Source of the DNA: a virus
Lineage: Duplodnaviria > Caudoviricetes
IMG/VR virus record: IMGVR_UViG_3300020161_000771
Coordinates: 5,311-69,310 of that record
Strand: one strand, 5' to 3'
Length of the DNA: 64,000 nucleotides
Both the position numbers and the translations under genes were made by a program. The notes under the pieces were generated by a model. The model worked only from the letters and a program-made list of their open reading frames with translations, was not told the origin of the DNA and ran no database searches. Below are positions 56,056 to 64,000 of the stretch, one piece after another. The number at the start of each line of letters is the position of its first letter. The stretch's first letter is position 1.

Positions 56056-57675
56056 ATGAAGAAAACAGCACTAGAATGGTTCAATGAATTACCTGAACCA
56101 TACAAATCACAAGCAATTGAAAATGCTAAAAATTATAATCATAGTGGCGGCGCAGACACTGAATTCATACTAGATGTTCACCATTATTTTATGTCAGAGG
56201 CAATAACATCTTCGATTCATTGGGCAGCAACACCGCAGGGACATAGTTATTGGAATGCCCTATACGACACATATCTTAGGTCCGAGGAGCCAGAACGAGA
56301 GAGAATAAGGGAGGAAAGGGAGCGGGAGTATGAAGAACAAAGGGCAAGGGAGATAATAGAATACCAACAAAGGCAAGAGAACTTAGTCACCATGAGTGAA
56401 TCTATGAGACAGATGCTGCGAACATTAGAGGACAAAAGTAAAGTAGCTAGTTATTTGATAACGCACTCTGACAAAAGATTATTCTGCAACTACGTTACGA
56501 TGCGTGGCGCGATGACATCGTATCTGCCAAATGGGAGAGAGCATAAGGTAAATGACGAAGGCAGGTGGGCAAGAGACGGACGTCAAGAGATGAAGCCAGC
56601 AAAGTTAGCTAGAAAGGTTCTACCAGAATCATTGAAGCTAGTTGAATCTGACTTCGAGCATTACAATAACCTAGTCAAATCTTACATAGGTTTGAATGGG
56701 GACGAGGACGGGGACGGCAGAAACATATCTGTAAAAGTTGTATCAGGGAATGACATAAGCACATACTACTACGAAGGTAATTATAGTGAACATGCAGACC
56801 ATGGTAGCAACCTATGGGGTTCATGTATGAGGTATGCATCATGCGACGATTACTTCGGTTTATTTGTAGACAATGACAATATCAAGATGCTTGTAGCGTT
56901 AGATTCAGATAGCAAAGTTGTAGGCAGAGCATTACTATGGGAGTGTACTAACGGAAGGAAGGCAATGGATACTGTATATGCACCTGACTCTATCAGACCT
57001 ATCTTCATAAGTTGGGCTGTTGATAATGACTACTATTACAAATCGGATCAATCATGTCATCATAGGTTCTTTAATATGTATCGTGGTAGTAGGATAGCTG
57101 ATTGGTATGGCACAGTAAAAATAAACCATGCGTATTATGATTACTATCCATACATGGATACCATGATGTATCTCGATACAAAATTAAAAACGCTAACGAA
57201 CGACGACAGTGATGGGCATGATAAGACATTGAGGTGTACAGATGGTGGTTACGAGGAAAGCAATACCGTGTATGATGATTATAGCAATCATGACATACAT
57301 GAAGATGATTCAGTATATCTTGATTACCACGTTGGCGACGTAAATTGGTCAGGTTATACACACGTAGACAATACCGTTGAGACTAGATTTGGGTATCGAA
57401 TATTAGAAGACCATGCAGTAGAAGTAGGTAATGATTACTACCCAGAAGGTCATGATGATATTGTGTATGTTGAAACACATGGATGTCATTATCACATAGA
57501 TGATACCGTGTGTACAGAAGACGGCGACCATATACATGAAGATGATGCAAGAGAGTGCGGGTTTAGTAGTTTAGTATACCACAAAGATGATATGACAAAT
57601 TGCAATGGCACTATGGTACACAATGATAATTTGGAATCTTATTATGAACGATTAAATAATGAAGAAAATGTTTAA
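56056..57675 (+). CDS. PcfJ-like domain protein with His/Asp-rich C-terminal repeats
   Basis: LWGSCMRY...VVGRALLW...MDTVY core; YPYMDT; repeated HxDD/HEDD units. Confidence 0.6.
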   Translation: MKKTALEWFNELPEPYKSQAIENAKNYNHSGGADTEFILDVHHYFMSEAITSSIHWAATPQGHSYWNALYDTYLRSEEPERERIREEREREYEEQRAREIIEYQQRQENLVTMSESMRQMLRTLEDKSKVASYLITHSDKRLFCNYVTMRGAMTSYLPNGREHKVNDEGRWARDGRQEMKPAKLARKVLPESLKLVESDFEHYNNLVKSYIGLNGDEDGDGRNISVKVVSGNDISTYYYEGNYSEHADHGSNLWGSCMRYASCDDYFGLFVDNDNIKMLVALDSDSKVVGRALLWECTNGRKAMDTVYAPDSIRPIFISWAVDNDYYYKSDQSCHHRFFNMYRGSRIADWYGTVKINHAYYDYYPYMDTMMYLDTKLKTLTNDDSDGHDKTLRCTDGGYEESNTVYDDYSNHDIHEDDSVYLDYHVGDVNWSGYTHVDNTVETRFGYRILEDHAVEVGNDYYPEGHDDIVYVETHGCHYHIDDTVCTEDGDHIHEDDARECGFSSLVYHKDDMTNCNGTMVHNDNLESYYERLNNEENV

Positions 57676-58717
57676 CAAAAACCTCCTACTAGAAATACTA
57701 TCTATCCAATCAGAGACTTACAACTCTGTTGACATGGAGAACTTTATCATGAATAAGCTAGAAGAAATGAACATCGACTATGTTGTAGATAATGGCAACA
57801 TATATGCAGCCAAAGGTGTCGGTCCTACTTACCCATGTATAGTTTCCCATATGGATACCGTGCACAAGATTATACCACAGGAACATTTCAAAATCATGCA
57901 TGATGACTATTGTGCTATGGGTTTTGATAGAGGATTGAATATGCCAAGTGGCTGCGGTGGTGACGACAAGGTCGGTATATTCATCTGTCTTACAATGTTG
58001 CAGTATCTAGATGACGTGAAGGTTGTGTTTTTCAGAGACGAGGAGGTAGGCTGTCTAGGTAGCGGTCAAGCATTCATGGGATTCTTTGACGATGCTAGGT
58101 TTGTGTTGCAATGCGACCGCAAGGGTAACAAGGATTTTGTAAACAATATATTCGGCCTCGACTTACAAAGCAAGACGTTCAACAAAGATGTGTCAACTAT
58201 CATCGAATACTACGGCTATGCATTCTCCGACGGCGGTATGACCGACGTATACCAGTTAGCTATGGACGGAGTAGGTGTATCTGTTGCAAACATGAGCTGC
58301 GGTTATCACAACCCACACAGCGATGATGAGATTGTAGTATTCGACGAGGTAGAGAATTGCATGAACATGGTATACGATATCATGATATCAATGACAGAGA
58401 CGTACTTACATAAAGCAGAGAAGTCATATGGTTATGCAACAGGATCATACGGGGGGTACGGAGGATATGGCAAGTATGATGATAAGTATTCATCATGGGA
58501 CTTATATGACGATAGCTGGTTAGAAGGTCCTGCTTTAAAGAAAGATGAAGTAAATGATGTATTCTTATGTGAAGATTGTGGCAATGTAACAAACACAGAG
58601 GAGGCAGAATACATAGCAGATTTTAATGCAATAGTATGTAAGCAATGTTTTAGGGTACACGAAAGAGATATATATACAACAAAAAATTACACAACAAATA
58701 AAAAACTACCATTCTAA
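57659..58717 (+). CDS. M20/M28-clan zinc peptidase-like protein
   Basis: VSHMDTV, GGDDKVG, DEEVGCLGS, QCDRKG, GYHNPHS metal-ligand motifs. Confidence 0.8.
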   Translation: MKKMFNKNLLLEILSIQSETYNSVDMENFIMNKLEEMNIDYVVDNGNIYAAKGVGPTYPCIVSHMDTVHKIIPQEHFKIMHDDYCAMGFDRGLNMPSGCGGDDKVGIFICLTMLQYLDDVKVVFFRDEEVGCLGSGQAFMGFFDDARFVLQCDRKGNKDFVNNIFGLDLQSKTFNKDVSTIIEYYGYAFSDGGMTDVYQLAMDGVGVSVANMSCGYHNPHSDDEIVVFDEVENCMNMVYDIMISMTETYLHKAEKSYGYATGSYGGYGGYGKYDDKYSSWDLYDDSWLEGPALKKDEVNDVFLCEDCGNVTNTEEAEYIADFNAIVCKQCFRVHERDIYTTKNYTTNKKLPF

Positions 58718-58719
58718 TC

Positions 58720-59019
58720 ATGACACAAAAAAATAATAAACCAAACCCTAATCAATCCATGAAAACATTTGACTTTTACAAAGATGAAAAAAATACTATT
58801 TGGGTAAGATTAAAATTTAGTATTGAAGCACAAACCTATGAAGATGCATTGGAGAAAATTAAACAGGTAGAGAGTGACCCATCAAAAAGCTATGATAATG
58901 ATTATGGTTGGGAGTACCTAGAAGAAACACTTGAAGGCATGACACCAGTCGAAAACATAGGAGAGTCAACATGCGAGATACATTCAGAAGACACAGGTAA
59001 ATTAGTTTACAAAAATTAA
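58720..59019 (+). CDS. Hypothetical protein (99 aa)
   Basis: Track ORF; the start could be the internal MKTFDF. Confidence 0.7.
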   Translation: MTQKNNKPNPNQSMKTFDFYKDEKNTIWVRLKFSIEAQTYEDALEKIKQVESDPSKSYDNDYGWEYLEETLEGMTPVENIGESTCEIHSEDTGKLVYKN

Positions 59020-59029
59020 AACAATAAAC

Positions 59030-59557
59030 ATGAGCAACCTAACAGAAAATCAGCAAACTATCATCAATCAAATCACTAATGAATTCAAAAAAATTAATGA
59101 CGAATACAGGGCACACGAAGGTGGCCTTATTGATTTAAGCGGAATCGTTAAAGAGTTAAACGAAGACAAGATTAAAAGAAAAGAAATAGAGGTACAGAAT
59201 ATTACAAATACAAATATCTTTCTTCAAAATGTAAATAAAGACGTTAAAAGAATCAATGAAGATTTAGTTAATTATGATTTGGTGGCATTTATTAAATGGG
59301 ATTCTACAATAAGAATATGCACGTTAAAAGAGTTTAGCAAGCTTGGACCATCAGGTGTAAATTATTATACTGATATAAAATGTACCCAAGATGGAGACAC
59401 TATTTACTTTAAAAGTGAAATAGATAACATACGTAAACATGAATCATCTTACCATTACCAAAATTGGAGTGGCGTATTCAAATCGCTAGAAGATTTGATT
59501 GGCACAGCTGCTTTTTCACAAGACATGAGAGGACTTATCAAAAAACAAAACCAATAA
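59030..59557 (+). CDS. Hypothetical protein (175 aa)
   Basis: Track ORF with A-rich leader. Confidence 0.7.
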   Translation: MSNLTENQQTIINQITNEFKKINDEYRAHEGGLIDLSGIVKELNEDKIKRKEIEVQNITNTNIFLQNVNKDVKRINEDLVNYDLVAFIKWDSTIRICTLKEFSKLGPSGVNYYTDIKCTQDGDTIYFKSEIDNIRKHESSYHYQNWSGVFKSLEDLIGTAAFSQDMRGLIKKQNQ

Positions 59558-59559
59558 AT

Positions 59560-59793
59560 ATGAAAAATCAAGTACAAGAATGGAGCGACAAAGCTGCCAA
59601 AGTATTAGTAGGTAAAAAAATAGTAGACGCTAGGTACATGAATGATGAGGAGATGGAGATGATGGACTGGCATAGTAGACCCCTATGCTTTATGCTAGAT
59701 GACGGAACAAGCTGTATACTATCCATGGACGACGAGGGTAACGATGGCGGTGCATTATTTTATGGGGAGCGCGGAGTATTCCCAACACTATAA
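59560..59793 (+). CDS. Conserved phage hypothetical protein (start MKNQ at 59560)
   Basis: LVGKKIVDARYM...LDDG...SMDDEGNDGGAL; the upstream part of the track ORF overlaps the previous gene. Confidence 0.75.
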   Translation: MKNQVQEWSDKAAKVLVGKKIVDARYMNDEEMEMMDWHSRPLCFMLDDGTSCILSMDDEGNDGGALFYGERGVFPTL

Positions 59794-59834
59794 CATATTA
59801 AACAATTTCTATTTTATAATCAATTCAAAATCAA

Positions 59835-60116
59835 ATGAAAATGAGTACAAACACAATCAAGACAGTTAATGGCAAAGAAGTAAAGCAATTAACAAAAGTA
59901 GGTGACCTATACGTAGGTATAGTAGACGGCAAGACGTTAACCTGGAACACACGTGGTAAGCTATCGAATGGCGTTTACAAGTCAAAGAATGACCTTAACC
60001 TTAATGCAAACTACTATGTAGCGATACGTAAGTGGGGTTCAACATTTGTTTCTACACTATACGACAAGGCTCCAAAAGGCAGAGGTATCGTAAAAGTTAT
60101 AGAAGTTTCTATCTAA
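59835..60116 (+). CDS. Hypothetical protein (93 aa)
   Basis: Track ORF. Confidence 0.7.
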   Translation: MKMSTNTIKTVNGKEVKQLTKVGDLYVGIVDGKTLTWNTRGKLSNGVYKSKNDLNLNANYYVAIRKWGSTFVSTLYDKAPKGRGIVKVIEVSI

Positions 60117-60120
60117 TTAT

Positions 60121-60151
60121 TTTGCAAATCAGCAAAAGATTTATAAATTTG
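60121..60151 (+). promoter_or_regulatory. Bacteroidota sigma-A promoter TTTG-N19-TAAATTTG
   Basis: TTTG 60121-60124, TAAATTTG 60144-60151, ATG at 60172. Confidence 0.75.
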
Positions 60152-60171
60152 TATAAACCAATAAAATTAAC

Positions 60172-60381
60172 ATGGAAAACCAATCTGTCTACGAAGACAA
60201 GGCTTTATTAGAAGCCTTTGAGCAATTCGTTCTAGAAAACCAAACATCTGTACCTGCTATGATGGATATAGTTGGGAAGAATGCTGTATATCTAGTATTT
60301 GTAAGCGGGTATATGTCAGCGCTAAATTTTGTTAGCGGTAGTATTAATGATGAGTTTTCAAAAATCCAATCAGTATTATGA
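60172..60381 (+). CDS. Hypothetical protein (69 aa)
   Basis: Track ORF downstream of a promoter. Confidence 0.7.
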   Translation: MENQSVYEDKALLEAFEQFVLENQTSVPAMMDIVGKNAVYLVFVSGYMSALNFVSGSINDEFSKIQSVL

Positions 60382-60632
60382 TTTACAAAGTATTCAGCGA
60401 CATCGACTTCGATGGCACGCACACATCTGACACCCAATCAGTATCTAGTTTAGATGAAGCATTGGACCTATATAGACAAGTGTTCACAACAATGGCTGAA
60501 ACAATCGTAGATTGTGGAGGCTCATTAGTTACAATGCTGTATTCAATAGACGATACCGATAAGATGGTAATCATCAAAAGAAATACATTAGACACAACAG
60601 TAAATATCTTATCAGATGTCCAACATCAATAA
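60378..60632 (+). CDS. Hypothetical protein (84 aa)
   Basis: Track ORF, ATGA-coupled. Confidence 0.65.
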   Translation: MIYKVFSDIDFDGTHTSDTQSVSSLDEALDLYRQVFTTMAETIVDCGGSLVTMLYSIDDTDKMVIIKRNTLDTTVNILSDVQHQ

Positions 60633-60837
60633 CCTTCACATTGCTGCGACTTTGGCCAAGGAAGTAGAGCATTTGTCTAAATGCACTATGATTGGTCAAG
60701 TATTTTTTAAATCTATACCAGAGCATTACGTTTACGACAAAGAATATGTAATACACAATTACAGGATTGGTATCCACCATTCTGACGGCATATATCTACT
60801 AGACGTAAGAGGTGTAGGACTTTTCCAAGTCATGTAA
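60616..60837 (+). CDS. Hypothetical protein (73 aa)
   Basis: Track ORF overlapping its neighbour. Confidence 0.6.
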   Translation: MSNINNLHIAATLAKEVEHLSKCTMIGQVFFKSIPEHYVYDKEYVIHNYRIGIHHSDGIYLLDVRGVGLFQVM

Positions 60838-60847
60838 AACTATCATC

Positions 60848-61240
60848 ATGAATCACATGAATTTAATTAACCCGTACATATATCCTGGTATACGGGGCAA
60901 AGATTTGCCAAAAGGATTCACAAGGCTAATCAGGTTATCGAGCGGCAGGGTAACTCACGATGATATCGTAGCTGCGGTCACAAATGTAATGAACATCACG
61001 TTTGATGAGATGAAAGCTACACGCAGAAAGCAAGAATTGGTTGATGCTAGACGAATATATTGTTATAACGTAAAGGTTAGACTAGGGTGGACGTTAGTTG
61101 ACATAGGTAAAAAATTGTCATCAAGAGACCACACAACTATTATACATAACATCACTACGTATTATGACTTATATAAGACTAATGATATTTTCAAAGAAAA
61201 GGCCGATTGGGTGACAGAGGAGCTAGAATGGAAACCTTAA
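60848..61240 (+). CDS. Stand-alone DnaA C-terminal (domain IV) HTH protein
   Basis: RRKQELVDARRI...LVDIGKKLSSRDHTTIIH mirrors the DnaA pattern ARQxAMY...IG..FG.RDHTTV.H. Confidence 0.8.
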   Translation: MNHMNLINPYIYPGIRGKDLPKGFTRLIRLSSGRVTHDDIVAAVTNVMNITFDEMKATRRKQELVDARRIYCYNVKVRLGWTLVDIGKKLSSRDHTTIIHNITTYYDLYKTNDIFKEKADWVTEELEWKP

Positions 61241-61437
61241 ACTATTATTTAGAAAATGGAATGGTGGTATTCACGGAACAGTTCCTACTTAACAGAGGAT
61301 TCTGCTGTGGTCGTGGATGCCGCCATTGTCCATACAAAGAAAAACAAAATGAACCTATTAAAAAAGATATTCGAGATTCCGAAACCAGAGAAACCTCCGA
61401 TGAGTTACGACCATTCGATAATGACAGCACAGACTAG
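61228..61437 (+). CDS. DUF5522-like Cys-rich small protein
   Basis: YYLENGMVVFTE.FLLNRGFCCGRGCRHCPY. Confidence 0.7.
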   Translation: METLNYYLENGMVVFTEQFLLNRGFCCGRGCRHCPYKEKQNEPIKKDIRDSETRETSDELRPFDNDSTD

Positions 61438-61735
61438 GGATAAAATGCTAGAAGACCTATTCAAGATGCAAAAGGAGATACTATGCAAGAAGGGGTACGA
61501 CTATGCAGGAGAAGATATCCTATCTAATTTCAGGTTAGCTGGCATGATTGTGAATCAGGCGTCAAGTAATCCTGATGCTGTTAATTGCTTGAACTTAGTC
61601 GGCACAAAGGTGGCTAGGCTAGGGCAACTATTAAGTAGCGACAAAGAAGCCTACAATGAGTCAGTACAAGACTCGGTAATTGATTTATGCAACTATGCTG
61701 CATTACTATATTTAATCCTAAAAGTAAAACAATAA
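61349..61735 (+). CDS. DUF1599-like/nucleotide-modification-associated helical protein
   Basis: KKGYDYA.EDILSNF...KVARL...ESVQDSVIDLCNYA; start likely MNLLKK at 61349. Confidence 0.6.
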   Translation: MNLLKKIFEIPKPEKPPMSYDHSIMTAQTRDKMLEDLFKMQKEILCKKGYDYAGEDILSNFRLAGMIVNQASSNPDAVNCLNLVGTKVARLGQLLSSDKEAYNESVQDSVIDLCNYAALLYLILKVKQ

Positions 61736-61736
61736 C

Positions 61737-62015
61737 ATGGCAAAGAACAAAGAAAGAAAAACAGAAGTAAGTGAAATAGCTACAATGACAGGGGAAGATA
61801 AGTATGATGCTATCGTATCCCTAGTTACAATCAACAACTCTATTGAGGTTATTGAAAAGATGTATCTAGATTTCCTACTTAACAATGAGAATACCGATAA
61901 GATGAAGAAAGAGTATGATACTATCGACGAAAAAGACAGGATCCCTTTTGAAGCATATTGCTTTTTAAGATACTCAAAAGCATTAACAGACTCACTTAAA
62001 AAATTAATCATTTAA
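61737..62015 (+). CDS. Hypothetical protein (92 aa)
   Basis: Track ORF packed between neighbours. Confidence 0.65.
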   Translation: MAKNKERKTEVSEIATMTGEDKYDAIVSLVTINNSIEVIEKMYLDFLLNNENTDKMKKEYDTIDEKDRIPFEAYCFLRYSKALTDSLKKLII

Positions 62016-62016
62016 A

Positions 62017-63018
62017 ATGAATCATGCTAGCTTGTTTTCAGGAATCGGTGGGTTTGATTTAGCTGCACAATGGATGGGGTGGAATAATGTATTTCATTGT
62101 GAGTGGAACCCATTCGGTCAGCGAGTATTAAAATATCATTTTCCAAATTCAATTTCATACAATGACATTACCGAAACAGATTTCTCTATTCACAGAGGAA
62201 CAGTTGATATCCTTACGGGAGGATTCCCATGCCAACCATACTCAGTCGCAGGGAAACGTCTTGGCAAAGCCGATGAAAGACACCTCTTTCCTGAAATGCT
62301 ACGAGTTATTAAAGAGGTCCAACCTAGGTTCGTCGTGGGCGAAAACGTTCGTGGGCTTGTTAGTTGGAATGGAGGAATGGTCTTCAATGAGGTGTGCGCT
62401 GACCTGGAAAGCCAAGGATATGAAGTACAGCCGTTTATTATTCCAGCTGCAAGCGTCAACGCCCCGCATAGAAGGGACAGAGTGTGGTTTGTTGCTTACT
62501 CCAACGACGAGGGAAGAGGTAGTCGACCTACAAAAGTTCAAGGAGAGAATGGAGAAGTATCCCAACGGAACGACGATGCCAAATCTAGCAACACAGGTAG
62601 CATCATTACTGCCGACACCTTCGGCATTCGATTGGAACACGGCGCGCAAGGAGGAGACATTCATGGCAGCAAAGGCTCGTCACAAGTTAAAGGGAGTGAA
62701 TTTACAGAATCCATTGAAGCAGATGGCTGTATTAGGTATGCTACCGACACCGAAGGCGCAAGAATCGAGAGGCAACGCATCGAGAGACAGAGGCAAATTC
62801 AATCTAACGGACGAGGTAGCGAGAATATACGAGCCAAGTTCCAAGACTTCCCAACTAAACCCCCTATTTGTGGAGGAGATGATGGGCTTCCCAGAGAATT
62901 GGACTCTATTACCTTTTCTAAGTGGAGAATGGAATCAATAAAAGCCTACGGGAATGCCATTGTACCACAGGTTGCATACAATATATTTAAAGCAATAGAT
63001 TTATTTACCAAACAATAA
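62017..63018 (+). CDS. C5-cytosine DNA methyltransferase, large (alpha-like) chain
   Basis: Motif I LFSGIGG, IV GGFPCQPYS, VI ENVRG, VIII HRRDRVW, X KAYGNAIVP. Confidence 0.93.
   Translation: MNHASLFSGIGGFDLAAQWMGWNNVFHCEWNPFGQRVLKYHFPNSISYNDITETDFSIHRGTVDILTGGFPCQPYSVAGKRLGKADERHLFPEMLRVIKEVQPRFVVGENVRGLVSWNGGMVFNEVCADLESQGYEVQPFIIPAASVNAPHRRDRVWFVAYSNDEGRGSRPTKVQGENGEVSQRNDDAKSSNTGSIITADTFGIRLEHGAQGGDIHGSKGSSQVKGSEFTESIEADGCIRYATDTEGARIERQRIERQRQIQSNGRGSENIRAKFQDFPTKPPICGGDDGLPRELDSITFSKWRMESIKAYGNAIVPQVAYNIFKAIDLFTKQ
62162..62941 (+). CDS. Nested +1-frame ORF, probable second (beta-like) chain of the methyltransferase
   Basis: 259 aa; three (L)LxTP repeats; LNPLFVEEMMGFPENW resembles motif IX, which is absent from the main frame. 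Confidence 0.7.
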   Translation: MTLPKQISLFTEEQLISLREDSHANHTQSQGNVLAKPMKDTSFLKCYELLKRSNLGSSWAKTFVGLLVGMEEWSSMRCALTWKAKDMKYSRLLFQLQASTPRIEGTECGLLLTPTTREEVVDLQKFKERMEKYPNGTTMPNLATQVASLLPTPSAFDWNTARKEETFMAAKARHKLKGVNLQNPLKQMAVLGMLPTPKAQESRGNASRDRGKFNLTDEVARIYEPSSKTSQLNPLFVEEMMGFPENWTLLPFLSGEWNQ

Positions 63019-63024
63019 CCCAAC

Positions 63025-63291
63025 ATGAATACAGCAATTCAATACATCATAACTATGGAGGCAATGTTAAATCAAAACGACTTCCATTCATGGCTTATGG
63101 ATAACAGGTCTAACCTACTAGAACTAGAAAAGAATCAGATATCAGAAGCTATGATGTACGCATTTGACGAAGATGGGCATACAGGGACGTGGAAGAAGGA
63201 TGTTATAGATAAATACTATAATGAGAAGTATGGCAATGGAAAGCTGTATAATGTACCAGGACATAACAATAATATAAAAGATATAATATAA
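63025..63291 (+). CDS. Small hypothetical protein of the TAI/TAVEWL-like Bacteroidota-phage family
   Basis: MNTAIQY...LEKNQISEAM...YYNEKY. Confidence 0.7.
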   Translation: MNTAIQYIITMEAMLNQNDFHSWLMDNRSNLLELEKNQISEAMMYAFDEDGHTGTWKKDVIDKYYNEKYGNGKLYNVPGHNNNIKDII

Positions 63292-63296
63292 ATACC

Positions 63297-63536
63297 ATGA
63301 CAGCAATAGACTATTTAATAAAAGAAATGAGTGCTCTTTACGACAATAAAGACATCAGTGATACAGATAGAAATGATTTAATAGTAGAGTTAACAAAGGC
63401 AGCTAAGTTTAAGGAAAGATTTCAAATAGAAGATGCTTATAGATTTGGCAAGTTGAACTGCTATCAGGTAACCAATGGAGAGACCGGCAACATAACAGCT
63501 ACCGATTACTACGAAGACAAGTACTCGGATGTCTAG
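63297..63536 (+). CDS. Small hypothetical protein, paralog-like of 63025..63291
   Basis: MTAIDYL...KERFQIEDAY..G...DYYEDKY. Confidence 0.7.
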   Translation: MTAIDYLIKEMSALYDNKDISDTDRNDLIVELTKAAKFKERFQIEDAYRFGKLNCYQVTNGETGNITATDYYEDKYSDV

Positions 63537-63684
63537 TTTTTAATATAAAAAACAAGACAAAGTGCATGTGTTTTTTGGAAAAATTCATGCAAAAACAATG
63601 GGGTATTTTACAAATAAAGTGTCTTAAAATGCACTTTTTACTACACTTTTATCCTTTTTATGACACATTACAAACAAATAACCT

Positions 63685-63975
63685 ATGAAACTATATACAG
63701 AAGAACAAGTAAAAGAAGCCTACAATAGAGGGCATATGGATGGTAGATTAAATAATATAGACTATTCTATAACAGATGGTTTAACACCAATAGAACTACC
63801 AAGTGATGAGGATATAAAAAATAATTCAGAACACTTTGAATATACTGATGGTGTTTATGGATTTAAAGAAGGTGTTAAATGGATGAAAGAACAAATACTT
63901 AGGAAAGAAGATAAAACATTTAAGAAAAAGTCACAATGGACAGAAGTAGATAATATGACTAGACGCTTAAAATAA
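63685..63975 (+). CDS. Small hypothetical protein (96 aa)
   Basis: MKLYTEEQV...IELPSDEDI...GFKEGVKWMKEQI, a recurrent phage pattern. Confidence 0.7.
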   Translation: MKLYTEEQVKEAYNRGHMDGRLNNIDYSITDGLTPIELPSDEDIKNNSEHFEYTDGVYGFKEGVKWMKEQILRKEDKTFKKKSQWTEVDNMTRRLK

Positions 63976-64000
63976 GAACAAATACTTAACCAAAACAAAT

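Noticed and set aside
62190-62664. - strand ORFs within the methyltransferase
   Set aside because: No motifs; expected by-products of a region already constrained in two sense frames.
1-64000. Stop-codon reassignment as in some crAss-like phages
   Set aside because: Code 11 already gives long intact terminase, portal, capsid and 2727-aa ORFs with near-complete coding density.

Overview
64 kb segment of a dsDNA tailed phage genome, most likely an uncultured Bacteroidota-infecting podovirus-like phage with crAss-like/Cellulophaga-phage-like virion gene order. Host inference rests on many TAnnTTTG Bacteroidota sigma-A promoter motifs directly upstream of genes. The standard genetic code gives dense coding. 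Layout: (1) 1-4.2 kb, + strand, end of a replication/DNA-metabolism arm (primase-helicase, DUF1064-like nuclease, metallophosphoesterase). (2) 4.2-52.5 kb, - strand, a late arm read right to left: RepL-like HTH, small basic proteins, GroES-like protein, terminase, portal, scaffold, major capsid, ring/adaptor proteins, a split tail-nozzle gene, internal virion proteins including a 2727-aa protein with duplicated HExxH domains, tail fibres, a 6.7-kb envelope module (two CsgG-like proteins, a cohesin-dockerin-cohesin protein, a lipoprotein, beta-barrel candidates) and a GH19 lysis cassette. (3) 52.5-53.2 kb, a divergent control region with three GTTCA-N6-TGAAC palindromes, 11-bp-phased TTAAC repeats and a strand-skew switch. 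(4) 53.2-64 kb, + strand early arm with a structured non-coding stretch, a PcfJ-like/peptidase pair, a stand-alone DnaA domain IV and a C5 DNA methyltransferase whose missing motif IX appears to be encoded by a nested +1-frame ORF. No integrase, tRNA, CRISPR array or reverse transcriptase was seen. All family assignments are from motif recognition without database searches.
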